From the NCBI GenBank assembly GCA_963719225.1, contig CAVRAY010000002.1, positions 640,001-704,000 on the forward strand: a stretch of DNA of 64,000 nucleotides, written 5' to 3'. Every line of letters begins with the position of its first letter. Position 1 is the stretch's first letter. Below are positions 1 to 7,976 of this stretch, one piece after another. Both the position numbers and the translations under genes were made by a program. Below the pieces are notes generated by a model. It searched no databases and was not told where the DNA came from. It saw only the letters and a list, made by a program, of their open reading frames with translations. Source of the stretch: Thermoanaerobaculia bacterium. GTDB taxonomy: Bacteria; Acidobacteriota; Thermoanaerobaculia; UBA5066.

Positions 1-52
1 CGCTCGCCGGAGACTGCGCGAGAAGACCGAGGAGGACGTGGGGGAGGGACAC
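1..52 (-). CDS. PadR-family transcriptional regulator, N-terminal 17 codons (runs off the left edge)
   Basis: My translation from GTG at 52 gives MSLPHVLLGLLAQSPAS, matching the typical PadR/AphA N-terminus (MSLxHxLLGLLxxxPxSGYDL). A TATACT hexamer lies 6 nt upstream. Not in the ORF track. Confidence 0.7.
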   Translation of the reverse strand, partial: MSLPHVLLGLLAQSPAS

Positions 53-62
53 GCCCCGAGTA

Positions 63-78
63 TATGACTCTTCACATA
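63..78. promoter_or_regulatory. Palindromic operator TATG-N8-CATA overlapping the PadR gene promoter
   Basis: TATG (63-66) and CATA (75-78) abut the -10 hexamer at 59-64 (minus strand). PadR-family proteins commonly autoregulate through short AT-rich palindromes; the assignment is inference. Confidence 0.4.
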
Positions 79-140
79 CCGGGGTGGAAAACCCGTGCGG
101 TTCTCTGTGGAAATCCGCCATCCCGAATCGGCCGGCGGAC

Positions 141-170
141 AAAAAAATAAGGGGGCTGGTGTAGCCCCCG
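141..170 (-). terminator. Rho-independent terminator
   Basis: Minus strand reads GGGGGCT-ACACC-AGCCCCC-TTATTTTTTT: a perfect 7-bp GC stem plus U tract, about 45 nt after the small ORF stop. Confidence 0.85.
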
Positions 171-213
171 AATCCCGGAAATACCTTGGATTGAGTGAGT
201 TGAATGAAAGGGC

Positions 214-276
214 TTACTTCTTCCCCTTCTTCCCCTTCTTGGTCGACTTCTTCGCAGCTTTCTTCTTGGCCGGCAT
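214..276 (-). CDS. 20-aa lysine-rich small protein MPAKKKAAKKSTKKGKKGKK
   Basis: ATG at 276, TAA at 214-216. GAGGAGGTGA Shine-Dalgarno ends 8 nt upstream. Has its own promoter and terminator. 11 of 20 residues are Lys. Below the ORF-track size cutoff. Confidence 0.75.
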   Translation of the reverse strand: MPAKKKAAKKSTKKGKKGKK

Positions 277-297
277 GGTTTCTGTCACCTCCTCACT

Positions 298-389
298 GGC
301 AGGTTTCGTTGACAGTGCCGGAAGCTGCATGCTAGCTTGGCCGCCCCTCGAAGGACGGGGACTAGCGCTTCCGGATTCTGTCGACTGCC
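298..389 (-). ncRNA. Long structured 5' leader hairpin upstream of the Lys-rich small ORF (unassigned RNA motif)
   Basis: Nested complementary segments (plus-strand letters): GGCAG 298-302/CTGCC 385-389, GACAG 311-315/CTGTC 378-382, CCGGAAGC 318-325/GCTTCCGG 367-374, GCTAG 331-335/CTAGC 362-366, with an apical GC hairpin. I do not recognise it as a named family. Confidence 0.5.
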
Positions 390-493
390 TCGATTCACTC
401 GTTGACGTCGATAAGTTTCAAAGAACCTGGTTCCCGTGGGACGGCATCGTGAGCTTCGATCACGGCGCCGTCCCTTTTTTCTTCCTGTCGAGA

Positions 494-523
494 ATTGTAT
501 AGAGGCTTCACATGGCGAATCAA
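494..523 (-). promoter_or_regulatory. Sigma-70 type promoter for the small-ORF transcript
   Basis: Minus strand TTGATT (523-518), 18 nt, TACAAT (499-494), with an AT-rich tract upstream. Predicted TSS near 487. Confidence 0.6.
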
Positions 524-634
524 GAATTTTTTTCTTGACGCGTGAAGTTTCTTTCACCTGACGTCCTCGACCCGTCGAGGGGTCTCGCGCGCATCCGGGC
601 TAGGATCGCGCACGGAGACATTCGGAGACATCGC

Positions 635-1483
635 ATGACGGACTCACTCGTGCTCGCTCACTCGCCCGACTCCGACGACGCGTTCATGTTCTACGGACTG
701 CGCGCGAACGCCGTCGACACGGAGGGCGTCAGGTACACGCACACGCTCGCCGACATCGAGACGCTCAACCGGCGCGCGCTCGCGGGCGAGCTCGCGATCA
801 CGGCGGTTTCGTTCCATGCGTACGCGTACCTCGCGGACCGCTACGTGCTCCTGCCGCACGGCGCCTCGTTCGGCGACGGGTACGGGCCGTGCGTCGTCGC
901 GCGCCGCGCGGGCGGCCCGGAGACGCTCGCGGACCTCACGGGCCGGCGTGTCGCGATTCCCGGCGCCCTCACGTCCGCCGCGATGTGCCTCTCCCTCTAC
1001 GCGAAGGGGGCGACGCCCGTCGTCATGGCGTTCGACCGCGTCGGGGACGCCGTGAACGCCGGAGAGGTGGACGCGGGCGTCGTGATCCACGAGGGGCAGC
1101 TCACGTGGAAGGACGAGGGGTTCCGCCTCGTCGCCGACTTCGGCGTCGTGTGGAAGGAGGAGACGGGCCTCCCGCTCCCTCTCGGCGGCAACGCCGTCCG
1201 CCGCGACCTCGGGCCGGAGCTCATCGCGCGCGTCTCCCGGGCGCTCGGGCGGTCGATCGCGTACGCCCTCGACCACCGCGAGGACGCCCTCACGGACGCG
1301 ATGCGCTTCGCCCGCGGGCTTCCGCGCGAGAAGGCGGACCGGTTCGTCGGCATGTACGTGAACGACTGGACGCGGTCCTACGGGCCGAGGGGGCGCGAGG
1401 CCGTCCGTCTCTTCCTGAAGAGAGGCCACGAGGCCGGGATCCTCCCGCGGCTCGTCGAGCCGGAGTGGGTGGCGGAGGGTTGA
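635..1483 (+). CDS. mqnD: 1,4-dihydroxy-6-naphthoate synthase, MqnA/MqnD family (futalosine menaquinone pathway)
   Basis: Motifs AHSPDSDDAFMFY, DIETLN, GVVIHEGQLT, LPLPLGGN, MYVN. Start moved to ATG 635, preceded by GGAGA. Confidence 0.8.
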   Translation: MTDSLVLAHSPDSDDAFMFYGLRANAVDTEGVRYTHTLADIETLNRRALAGELAITAVSFHAYAYLADRYVLLPHGASFGDGYGPCVVARRAGGPETLADLTGRRVAIPGALTSAAMCLSLYAKGATPVVMAFDRVGDAVNAGEVDAGVVIHEGQLTWKDEGFRLVADFGVVWKEETGLPLPLGGNAVRRDLGPELIARVSRALGRSIAYALDHREDALTDAMRFARGLPREKADRFVGMYVNDWTRSYGPRGREAVRLFLKRGHEAGILPRLVEPEWVAEG

Positions 1484-1487
1484 AGGC

Positions 1488-1991
1488 GTGACGAAGGGAG
1501 AGCGCGCTCTCGCCGGGACGTTTCTGTTCGTCGCGGCGCTCTGGTGCGGGACGCTCGCCTTCTTCGGGGCCTTCGGCGCCTGGGTCGTCCTCGAGACGTC
1601 GCCGAGCCGCCACGCGGCCGGGGCCGTGAACGCGGCGCTCCTCGACGTCCTCGACGCGGTCTCGCTCGGCGCCGCGCTTCTCCTCGCGGCGGGCCTCGTC
1701 CTCTGGAACCGTGCGCGGCCCTGGACGGCGCGCGCGCGCGGCTACGCGGTCCGCTTCCTCGCGGTCGCGGCCGTCGCGGCGGCGGCGTCGCTCTTCGTCG
1801 TGACTCCCGAGATGATGGAGCGTCGCGCCCGCATGGGACCGATCGAGCTCGTGCCGAAGCAGGATCCCGCGCGAGCCGCCTGGGGCCGTCTCCACGGCAT
1901 CTCGTCGCTCACGCTCCTCGTGCGGCTCGCCGCCTCCGCGGGAGTCTTCGCGGCGGGCTTCTCGCAGATCCCGAAGGGCGAAGCCCGGTAA
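1488..1991 (+). CDS. DUF4149/TMEM205-like small membrane protein
   Basis: Four hydrophobic helices, SRHAAG, VTPEM and C-terminal WGRLHGISS pattern. Lies 4 nt after mqnD. Confidence 0.7.
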   Translation: MTKGERALAGTFLFVAALWCGTLAFFGAFGAWVVLETSPSRHAAGAVNAALLDVLDAVSLGAALLLAAGLVLWNRARPWTARARGYAVRFLAVAAVAAAASLFVVTPEMMERRARMGPIELVPKQDPARAAWGRLHGISSLTLLVRLAASAGVFAAGFSQIPKGEAR

Positions 1992-2001
1992 CCGGCCGCG
2001 C

Positions 2002-2880
2002 TCAGGCCGCGTGGTGGAGAAAGAACTCCGTCCACCTGCGCTCGTACTCCTCGGGCACGACGGCCTGCGGCTCGTCCGCGTGGTGGCAGTGCCCGCAGGC
2101 CGGCACGCGCCAGAACGTCTTCGGCCCGGCGAGCGCCTCGTAGAGCCGCGGCGAGAAGCGGATCGGTACGAGCGCGTCCGTCTCGCCGTGGACGACGGTC
2201 ACGGGACACGTGACGCGCCTCGCCGCGGCGACGGGGTCCGCGCGCGCGAGGTCGAGGCCTTCCGTCCTCTCGACCCGGCGGACGAGGAGTCGGACGGGCC
2301 CCTCGAGCAGGACGCGCGGCAGCCCGGTGGCACGATGGAGGTAGTGGACGGCCATGACGCGCAGGTCGCCGAACGGCGACTGGAGCCAGAGCGCGGCGGG
2401 CGTCCGGGCGGCCGCGAGCTGCAGCGCGAGGAGGGAGCCGAGCGAGCAGCCGTCGATTCCGAGGCGGGCGGCCGTCACGCCGAAGCGCGCGCCCGCGAGA
2501 TCGAGAAGCAGGAGGAGGTCGGTCGTCTCGCGGATCCCGTACGTGATGCGAGCTCCCGTGGAGGGCGGATGCCCGCGCAGGTGAGGGACGAGGACGTTGA
2601 ACCCGAGCCGCAGGGCGCGCACGGCGTCCCGCGTCCACTCGGCGGCGCCTCCGCCCTTGCCATGGAGGAAGAGGAGAGTCGCGCGCGTCTCGGGGCGCCC
2701 CGGGGACGCGAACAAGGTCACGAGGCGGGCGGGTTCGGCGGGGTCTCCGTCGTGAACGAGCGTCTCCACGAGCCCGGAGCGCCCGGCCGCGGTCCGGACG
2801 GCTTCGTGGAAGGCCTCGACGGACGCCGTCACGGGTGCGAGCCCGACCGGCGAGAGGAGGATTCCCGCGAGCGAGCGCAT
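2002..2880 (-). CDS. Alpha/beta-fold hydrolase
   Basis: FLHGKGG oxyanion region, nucleophile motif GCSLG, VVHGETDALVP and GHCH. Confidence 0.8.
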   Translation of the reverse strand: MRSLAGILLSPVGLAPVTASVEAFHEAVRTAAGRSGLVETLVHDGDPAEPARLVTLFASPGRPETRATLLFLHGKGGGAAEWTRDAVRALRLGFNVLVPHLRGHPPSTGARITYGIRETTDLLLLLDLAGARFGVTAARLGIDGCSLGSLLALQLAAARTPAALWLQSPFGDLRVMAVHYLHRATGLPRVLLEGPVRLLVRRVERTEGLDLARADPVAAARRVTCPVTVVHGETDALVPIRFSPRLYEALAGPKTFWRVPACGHCHHADEPQAVVPEEYERRWTEFFLHHAA

Positions 2881-2898
2881 GCGCGGCGGCCGACCGGC

Positions 2899-4221
2899 TC
2901 AGGAAGCCTTCGCGGTCTTCTTCTGGACGCCCGCGTCGGCGGCCGCGCGGTAGGCGGCGTTCTGCGGCTCGAGCGCGGCGGCCCGCTTCCACGCGGCGGC
3001 GGCGCCGGCGGCGTCCCCCGTCGCTCCGAGCGCCTGCGCGAGCGCCGCCTGCGCGGCGGCGTCCTCGCCCTGGGAAAGCGCGACGGCACGCCGCGCCTGC
3101 TTGAGCGATTCGGCGGAGTCCTTGAGCGCGAGCGCGGCACGCGCCGCGCGCGTCGCGAGGCCGGCGTCCAGGGCGCCTCCGCCCGTCGTGAGCGCGGCCG
3201 CGAAGGTCTTCTTCGCCTCGGCGGGGCGACCCGTTGCCGCGTATGCCTCCGCGAGGTCGAGCGCGCGCTCGACCCGCACGCCGGAAGCGGCCCCGTTGCG
3301 CTGGGCCGCGGCGCTCGCGCGCTCGTACGCCGCGAGAGCCTCGGCGGCGTGACCCGCTTTCTTCTCGGCCCCGCCGAGCGCCGCGAGGACGTCGGCGTCG
3401 TACGGGCCGTTTTCGCCGACGGCGGCGAGCGTCTCGGCGGCCACGGTGCGCGCCGTCGCGACGTCGCCCCGCTCCCCGAGCGCCGTCACGTACGCGGCGG
3501 CGAAGAATCCGCGCCGCGGATCGTTTCCGAGCCGCGGCAGGAACGTCGCGATGAGGTCGCCGGTCTCGGGGGAGTGGTCGTCGTCGAGCGTCTCGATCGC
3601 GACGAGCTGCGCGAAGAGCTGGAAGACCTCGGGACGGGACAGGTCCCCTTCCTCGGAGACGATCCTGAGGGCGATCGGCCTCAGGCGCACGCGGTCCCGC
3701 CTCAGGGCGAGCGCGTTGCCGAGGCGAAGGGCGTCCTCTCGGTTCCACTTCGTCTTCAGGTTCGCGAGGCCCTCGAGGAGCGGCGTCTTCGACTCGAGGA
3801 TGGCGTCGCCGCCGCGCATGAAGTCGGCGGCCTGGTATCCGCCGACGAGACGGTCGATCTCGTTTCCGTCGCCATCCAGGAACAGGACCGTCGGGAACGA
3901 GAACGCCTGGTAGCGGGCGGAAATCTTCCGGCCCTCGCCCTTCTCGGCGTCGACGCGCGCGGGCACGACGGATTTCTTCGCCCAGGCGACGACTCCCGCG
4001 TCCGCGAACGTCGTTCGGTCCATGATCTTGCAGGGCCCGCACCAGGATGCGACGACGTCGAGCATGACGGGCTTGTGCTCGGCCTTCGCGCGCCTCAGGA
4101 CCTCGGCGAAAGGCCGTCCCTCGCTGAAGGGCACGTGGCCGGCGGGCAACGCCGCGTCCGCGGCGAGAAGGGAAAGAGGGGCGGAGAAGGCCGCAACGAG
4201 GAGGAACCGGGAGAGTCTCAC
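2899..4221 (-). CDS. Secreted thioredoxin-domain protein with C-terminal TPR-like repeats
   Basis: Signal-peptide-like start at GTG 4221, WCGPCK active site, FPTVLFLD cis-Pro loop, Ala-rich TPR-like helices. The upstream part of the track ORF (to 5151) is shadow of truA. Confidence 0.8.
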   Translation of the reverse strand: MRLSRFLLVAAFSAPLSLLAADAALPAGHVPFSEGRPFAEVLRRAKAEHKPVMLDVVASWCGPCKIMDRTTFADAGVVAWAKKSVVPARVDAEKGEGRKISARYQAFSFPTVLFLDGDGNEIDRLVGGYQAADFMRGGDAILESKTPLLEGLANLKTKWNREDALRLGNALALRRDRVRLRPIALRIVSEEGDLSRPEVFQLFAQLVAIETLDDDHSPETGDLIATFLPRLGNDPRRGFFAAAYVTALGERGDVATARTVAAETLAAVGENGPYDADVLAALGGAEKKAGHAAEALAAYERASAAAQRNGAASGVRVERALDLAEAYAATGRPAEAKKTFAAALTTGGGALDAGLATRAARAALALKDSAESLKQARRAVALSQGEDAAAQAALAQALGATGDAAGAAAAWKRAAALEPQNAAYRAAADAGVQKKTAKAS

Positions 4222-4235
4222 CTGCGAATGATGCC

Positions 4236-5039
4236 TCAGAAGCCGGGGCGGAAGGGGTCGATCGGAGGCGGCGGGGGATCCCCGGGATACGTGACGGACT
4301 CGATGAAAAGGCCCGAGGGCGGGGCCGTCCACGCGGCGCTCTTCGACGTCCGCGTCGCGAGCATCGCCTTGACGTCCGAGACCGCGAGCCGGCCCGTGCC
4401 GACCTCGACGAGCGTCCCCGTGAGCCGGCGGACCATCTTCCAGAGGAAGTGCGACGCGCCGACGCGGAAGAGCAGGAGATCGGGCGCCTCGGGAGGCGTC
4501 TCGAGACGCGCGAACGCGATCTCGACGAGCGTCGAGTCGTGGCCCTCGGCGTTCTCGCAGAAGCTCCCGAAGTCGTGGCGGCCCGGAAGAAGGTCGGCGG
4601 CGGCCTGCATCGCGCGCGCGTCGAGCCGGTCCTTGATCCACCAGACGTAGCGCTTGCCGAACGCGGTGCGCCGCCGCGAGATGCGGTAGCGGTAGACGCG
4701 CGCGGTCGCGTCGTGCCGGGCGTGGAACGCGCGCGGCGCGGGCGCGAGGTTCAGCACGTGGATGTCCGGCGGAAGGCGGTCGTTGAGCGCCTGCCGGATC
4801 TTCCCGAGCTCCGGCGCGCGGGCCTGGAACGAGCCGTGGAGGGACGCGACCTGTGCGAACGCGTGGACGCCGGCGTCCGTGCGACCCGCGCCGTTCACCT
4901 TGACGTCCTCGCCGAGCACGTCGCGGCAGGCGGCCGCGAGCGTGCCCTGAACGGTCCTGGCGTTCACCTGCGACTGCCAGCCACGATACCGCCCGCCGTC
5001 GTATTCGAGGGTCGCGCGGAGGACGGCGGGGGCGCTCAC
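4236..5039 (-). CDS. truA: tRNA pseudouridine(38-40) synthase TruA
   Basis: LEYDG...GWQ, GAGRTDAGVHA (catalytic Asp), FHARH, FLWKMVR, TAPPSGL. Confidence 0.92.
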   Translation of the reverse strand: MSAPAVLRATLEYDGGRYRGWQSQVNARTVQGTLAAACRDVLGEDVKVNGAGRTDAGVHAFAQVASLHGSFQARAPELGKIRQALNDRLPPDIHVLNLAPAPRAFHARHDATARVYRYRISRRRTAFGKRYVWWIKDRLDARAMQAAADLLPGRHDFGSFCENAEGHDSTLVEIAFARLETPPEAPDLLLFRVGASHFLWKMVRRLTGTLVEVGTGRLAVSDVKAMLATRTSKSAAWTAPPSGLFIESVTYPGDPPPPPIDPFRPGF

Positions 5040-5074
5040 GGTCCCATTGTCGCCTCGAACCCGCTATCCTGCCG

Positions 5075-6271
5075 TTGCTCGTGACGAGCGAGACGCTGGA
5101 AGCCGCACGCCCCTTCACGCGCGCCCGCGACGCGGGTGCCGAGGCCCGCACGGCGGCGGGCCTGAGGGCCCTCGTCTCCGCGCTGAAGGACGCCGCCGGC
5201 GACGCGTGGGCGGGCGCCGCGCTCGGCGGGGCGCTCGGCCGCGGCGAAGGGGCGACGCTCCTCGGCCGGGACGGGAGCGGCCACCCGGCCGACCCCTTCG
5301 AAATCCTCGTCGTTCTCGACGCGCCCGTTCGGGAGGTCCCCGCGATCGCGCGCCGCCTCGTGAAAGCGGCCGGCGAGGCCGCGCGCGCCCGCCGCCTTCA
5401 CGCGAAGGTCGAAGCCGTGGCGCGCCGCGCGCTCGCGCTCCTGCCACCCACGCTCGCGAACATGGAGCTCCTCGGCGCGCGGCGGATCGTGGACGGACCT
5501 GAGGATCTCCTCCCCCTCTTCGAGGACGTCTTCCGGGGCGGTCCCGACCGCTTCGAAGGCGTGCGTCTCCTCGCGAAGACGGGCGCCGGGCTTCTCGCGG
5601 CGGAGCGGCTCGTCGACCGGTCCGCGACCGGGGCGCGGGCGCGCGAGGCGCTGCGGCTCGTTCAGAGCGCGGACCTCGCGCTCGGCGAGTCCGTCCTGAT
5701 CTCGGCGGCCCGCTGGGCGCCGGGGGTCTCGGCGCGCGAGGCGGAGCTTCGGGCGCTCGGCGCGGAATCGCCGGACGGGCCGCGGCGGCCGGGCTTCCAC
5801 GTCCGGATGAGCTGGACGCGCTTTCGGGACCTCGTCGACCGGCACCGGGCCGCCGCCGCGTCGCTCGACGCGCCCGGGGGGCCGGAGAACGTCGACGCCC
5901 GCCGGCAGGTCGCGCGCGCCGGCGACCGCTTCATGGAGGTCCTGCGTCTCTTCGAGGAGGAGCGCCTCGGCGCCGAGCTCCCGAACTGGACCGAGTACGC
6001 GATCGTCCTCGCGCGCCGGCGGAGCGGCGCGGCGGTCTCCGAGCTCTTCGGCGAGGAGGAGGAGATCGAGGACGCCGCGGGTGCCGGCCGGGTCGCGCGC
6101 AAGTCGGCGCGCTCCTGGCCCCTCGCCGAGCGCGTCGCGCCGGCCGCGGCGGCGCTCGTGGACTGGGACCCGGGCGATCTCCCGATCGTCCCCGTCCTCC
6201 TCGACCTGCCCGACACGGCCTCTCGCGACGCGCTCCGGCAGCGCGCGATCGCCTGGGGGGAAGGGGCCTGA
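5075..6271 (+). CDS. Hypothetical protein with a degenerate pol-beta-like nucleotidyltransferase N-terminus
   Basis: GGALGRGEG resembles the GS-type NTase helix motif, but the following strand reads DPFEILVV rather than D-x-D. Start is TTG 5075 or GTG 5081. Confidence 0.55.
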   Translation: MLVTSETLEAARPFTRARDAGAEARTAAGLRALVSALKDAAGDAWAGAALGGALGRGEGATLLGRDGSGHPADPFEILVVLDAPVREVPAIARRLVKAAGEAARARRLHAKVEAVARRALALLPPTLANMELLGARRIVDGPEDLLPLFEDVFRGGPDRFEGVRLLAKTGAGLLAAERLVDRSATGARAREALRLVQSADLALGESVLISAARWAPGVSAREAELRALGAESPDGPRRPGFHVRMSWTRFRDLVDRHRAAAASLDAPGGPENVDARRQVARAGDRFMEVLRLFEEERLGAELPNWTEYAIVLARRRSGAAVSELFGEEEEIEDAAGAGRVARKSARSWPLAERVAPAAAALVDWDPGDLPIVPVLLDLPDTASRDALRQRAIAWGEGA

Positions 6272-6274
6272 GCC

Positions 6275-7054
6275 CTAGAGCCGGGACCTGCCCCGGGTGA
6301 GGGCGAGGGAGAAATCGAGCAGCGTGTTCGTCCCGCGGACGGCGACGCGCTTCAGGCGAAACGGGTCGGAGAGGTCGGGCGGGATACCGCCGCGGATGAC
6401 CGTCGCGGCGCGGTAGCCCGCCGCACGCACGGCCGCGACGCTCCTGTCGTCGAACGCGCCGTACGGGTAGCAGAAGGACACGACCGGCGCGCCGAGGGCG
6501 GCCTCGAGCGCCGCCTTGCTCCCCGCGACTTCGGCCACGAGGTCCGCGTCCGGGAGTCCCGGGAGCGCGCGGTGCGTCGCGCCGTGCGAGCCGATCTCGA
6601 CCCCCGCCGCGGCGAGGGCGCGCACGCCGTCCGCGCCGAGGAGCGCGTCGCCGGGCGTCTCGCCGTCCCAGTCGTTGACGCCGCCGAGCCTGCCGGAGAC
6701 GACGAAGACCGTGGCTCCGAAGCCGTGCGCCTTCAGGACCGGCAGCGCGCGGGTAAGGACGCCGGCGTATCCGTCGTCGAACGTGAGGACGGCGCGCGCC
6801 TGGGGCGAGACGGGACTCTCGAGGACGTCGCGCAACGCGACGCCGCGGATGCCGCGCCGCGCGAGAACGTCGAGCTGGCGCGCGAAGTCCTCCGGGAGGA
6901 CGCGCCAGCGGTTCAGGCGCGAGCCGTGGAGGTGCGGTCCGATCTCGTGGTACATGAGGATCGGCGTGCCCGGCCGTCTCGGGCGCCACCAGGTGAACCG
7001 CAGGGAGAGGGCGGCGCCGAGCGCGGCGAGGGCGGAGGCGAGGACGCCCGTCAT
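6275..7054 (-). CDS. Polysaccharide deacetylase (CE4/NodB-like)
   Basis: ILMYH, LTFDDGY, EIGSHGATH, FCYPYG motifs. N-terminal membrane anchor. ATG 7054 overlaps the GT2 stop (ATGA). Confidence 0.9.
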   Translation of the reverse strand: MTGVLASALAALGAALSLRFTWWRPRRPGTPILMYHEIGPHLHGSRLNRWRVLPEDFARQLDVLARRGIRGVALRDVLESPVSPQARAVLTFDDGYAGVLTRALPVLKAHGFGATVFVVSGRLGGVNDWDGETPGDALLGADGVRALAAAGVEIGSHGATHRALPGLPDADLVAEVAGSKAALEAALGAPVVSFCYPYGAFDDRSVAAVRAAGYRAATVIRGGIPPDLSDPFRLKRVAVRGTNTLLDFSLALTRGRSRL

Positions 7055-7914
7055 CGGCGCGCGCGCAGGGTCGCCCTCGGGCGCGGGCCGGCCGTCGCCT
7101 CGGTCGGCGCTCCCGCAGGGAGCAGCCGCTCGCCGCGCGCGACCGCCCGCTCGAGCTCGCGGAGCTTGAGGTACTTCAGGAGCGTGTTCGAGGCCGAGAG
7201 CGCCGCGAACGTGAGGCCGGCGGTGCCGTCGAGGACCCCGAGCCTGAGGAATGCGCGGTCCAGGAACTCCCAGGCGACCCGGACGGGAAGGAACGGCATC
7301 GTCCCCCGGCGCGCCGACAATTTCGCCTCTGCCGCGAGGGTCGTGTAGCGATCGAGCTTTTCGAGGTAGTGGGCGAGATCGCGGTACGAGCGGTGCAGGA
7401 TCGTCTCGTCGAGAGCCTCGACGGGGCCGTTCGCGAGCACCCGCTCGTGAACGGGGTCCGACGAGAAGCGCGCGCGCGCGCGGTCGTAGAGTCGCGCAGG
7501 CCGGACGACGGTGTCGCGGCCGAAACGGAGCGCGCGTCCGAGGAACTCGAGGCGGATCGGAATCCGGAACGCGGCCGGCGGGTCCTCCTCGGACCCGACC
7601 GTCGCGAGCCGGCTGCGGATTTCGAGCGCGAGGGCCGGCGAGACGATCTCGTCGGCGTCGACGGAGAGCACCCAGCGATTCGAGGCGAGGGCGGCGGCGG
7701 CGTTCTTCTGCGCGCCGAAGCCGTCGAAGGCGCGGACGAGGACGCGCGCGCCCGCGGCCTCGGCGATCTCCGCCGTCCGGTCGGCCGTCGCGGCGTCCAC
7801 GACGACCACGATCTCGTCGGCGAACGCGGCGGCCTCGAGGGCCGCCGGAAGGCGGTCCTCTTCGTCGCGCGCGATCAGCGTGACCGTGAGCGGCGGGCCG
7901 TCTGGCTCGGACAT
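7051..7914 (-). CDS. Glycosyltransferase family 2 (LPS beta-1,4-glucosyltransferase-like)
   Basis: LIARDEE, DEIVVV, FDGFGAQKN, WVLSVDADE, VHE, YLEKLDRYT, LGVLDG motifs. Start at ATG 7914. Confidence 0.88.
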   Translation of the reverse strand: MSEPDGPPLTVTLIARDEEDRLPAALEAAAFADEIVVVVDAATADRTAEIAEAAGARVLVRAFDGFGAQKNAAAALASNRWVLSVDADEIVSPALALEIRSRLATVGSEEDPPAAFRIPIRLEFLGRALRFGRDTVVRPARLYDRARARFSSDPVHERVLANGPVEALDETILHRSYRDLAHYLEKLDRYTTLAAEAKLSARRGTMPFLPVRVAWEFLDRAFLRLGVLDGTAGLTFAALSASNTLLKYLKLRELERAVARGERLLPAGAPTEATAGPRPRATLRARR

Positions 7915-7976
7915 CCGGGGGCCGAGTATGGACCCGCGTGCCGGGCCGTTCACACGCCGTCCGTATACTCCGGCTC

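Noticed and set aside
298-474. Possible tRNA, SRP, 6S, tmRNA or known riboswitch
   Set aside because: No cloverleaf or T-loop, no SRP GGAA-loop motif, no tmRNA ends and no riboswitch consensus that I can recognise. Left as an unassigned structure pending an Rfam search.
95-557. Track ORFs 95..502 (+) and 285..557 (-)
   Set aside because: No family motifs. The Phe-rich stretch of 95..502 is just the antisense of the Lys codons of the small ORF, which has the SD, promoter and terminator.
613-631. Direct repeat CGGAGACAT x2 upstream of mqnD
   Set aside because: Only two 9-bp copies overlapping the SD region; not an array and could be chance.
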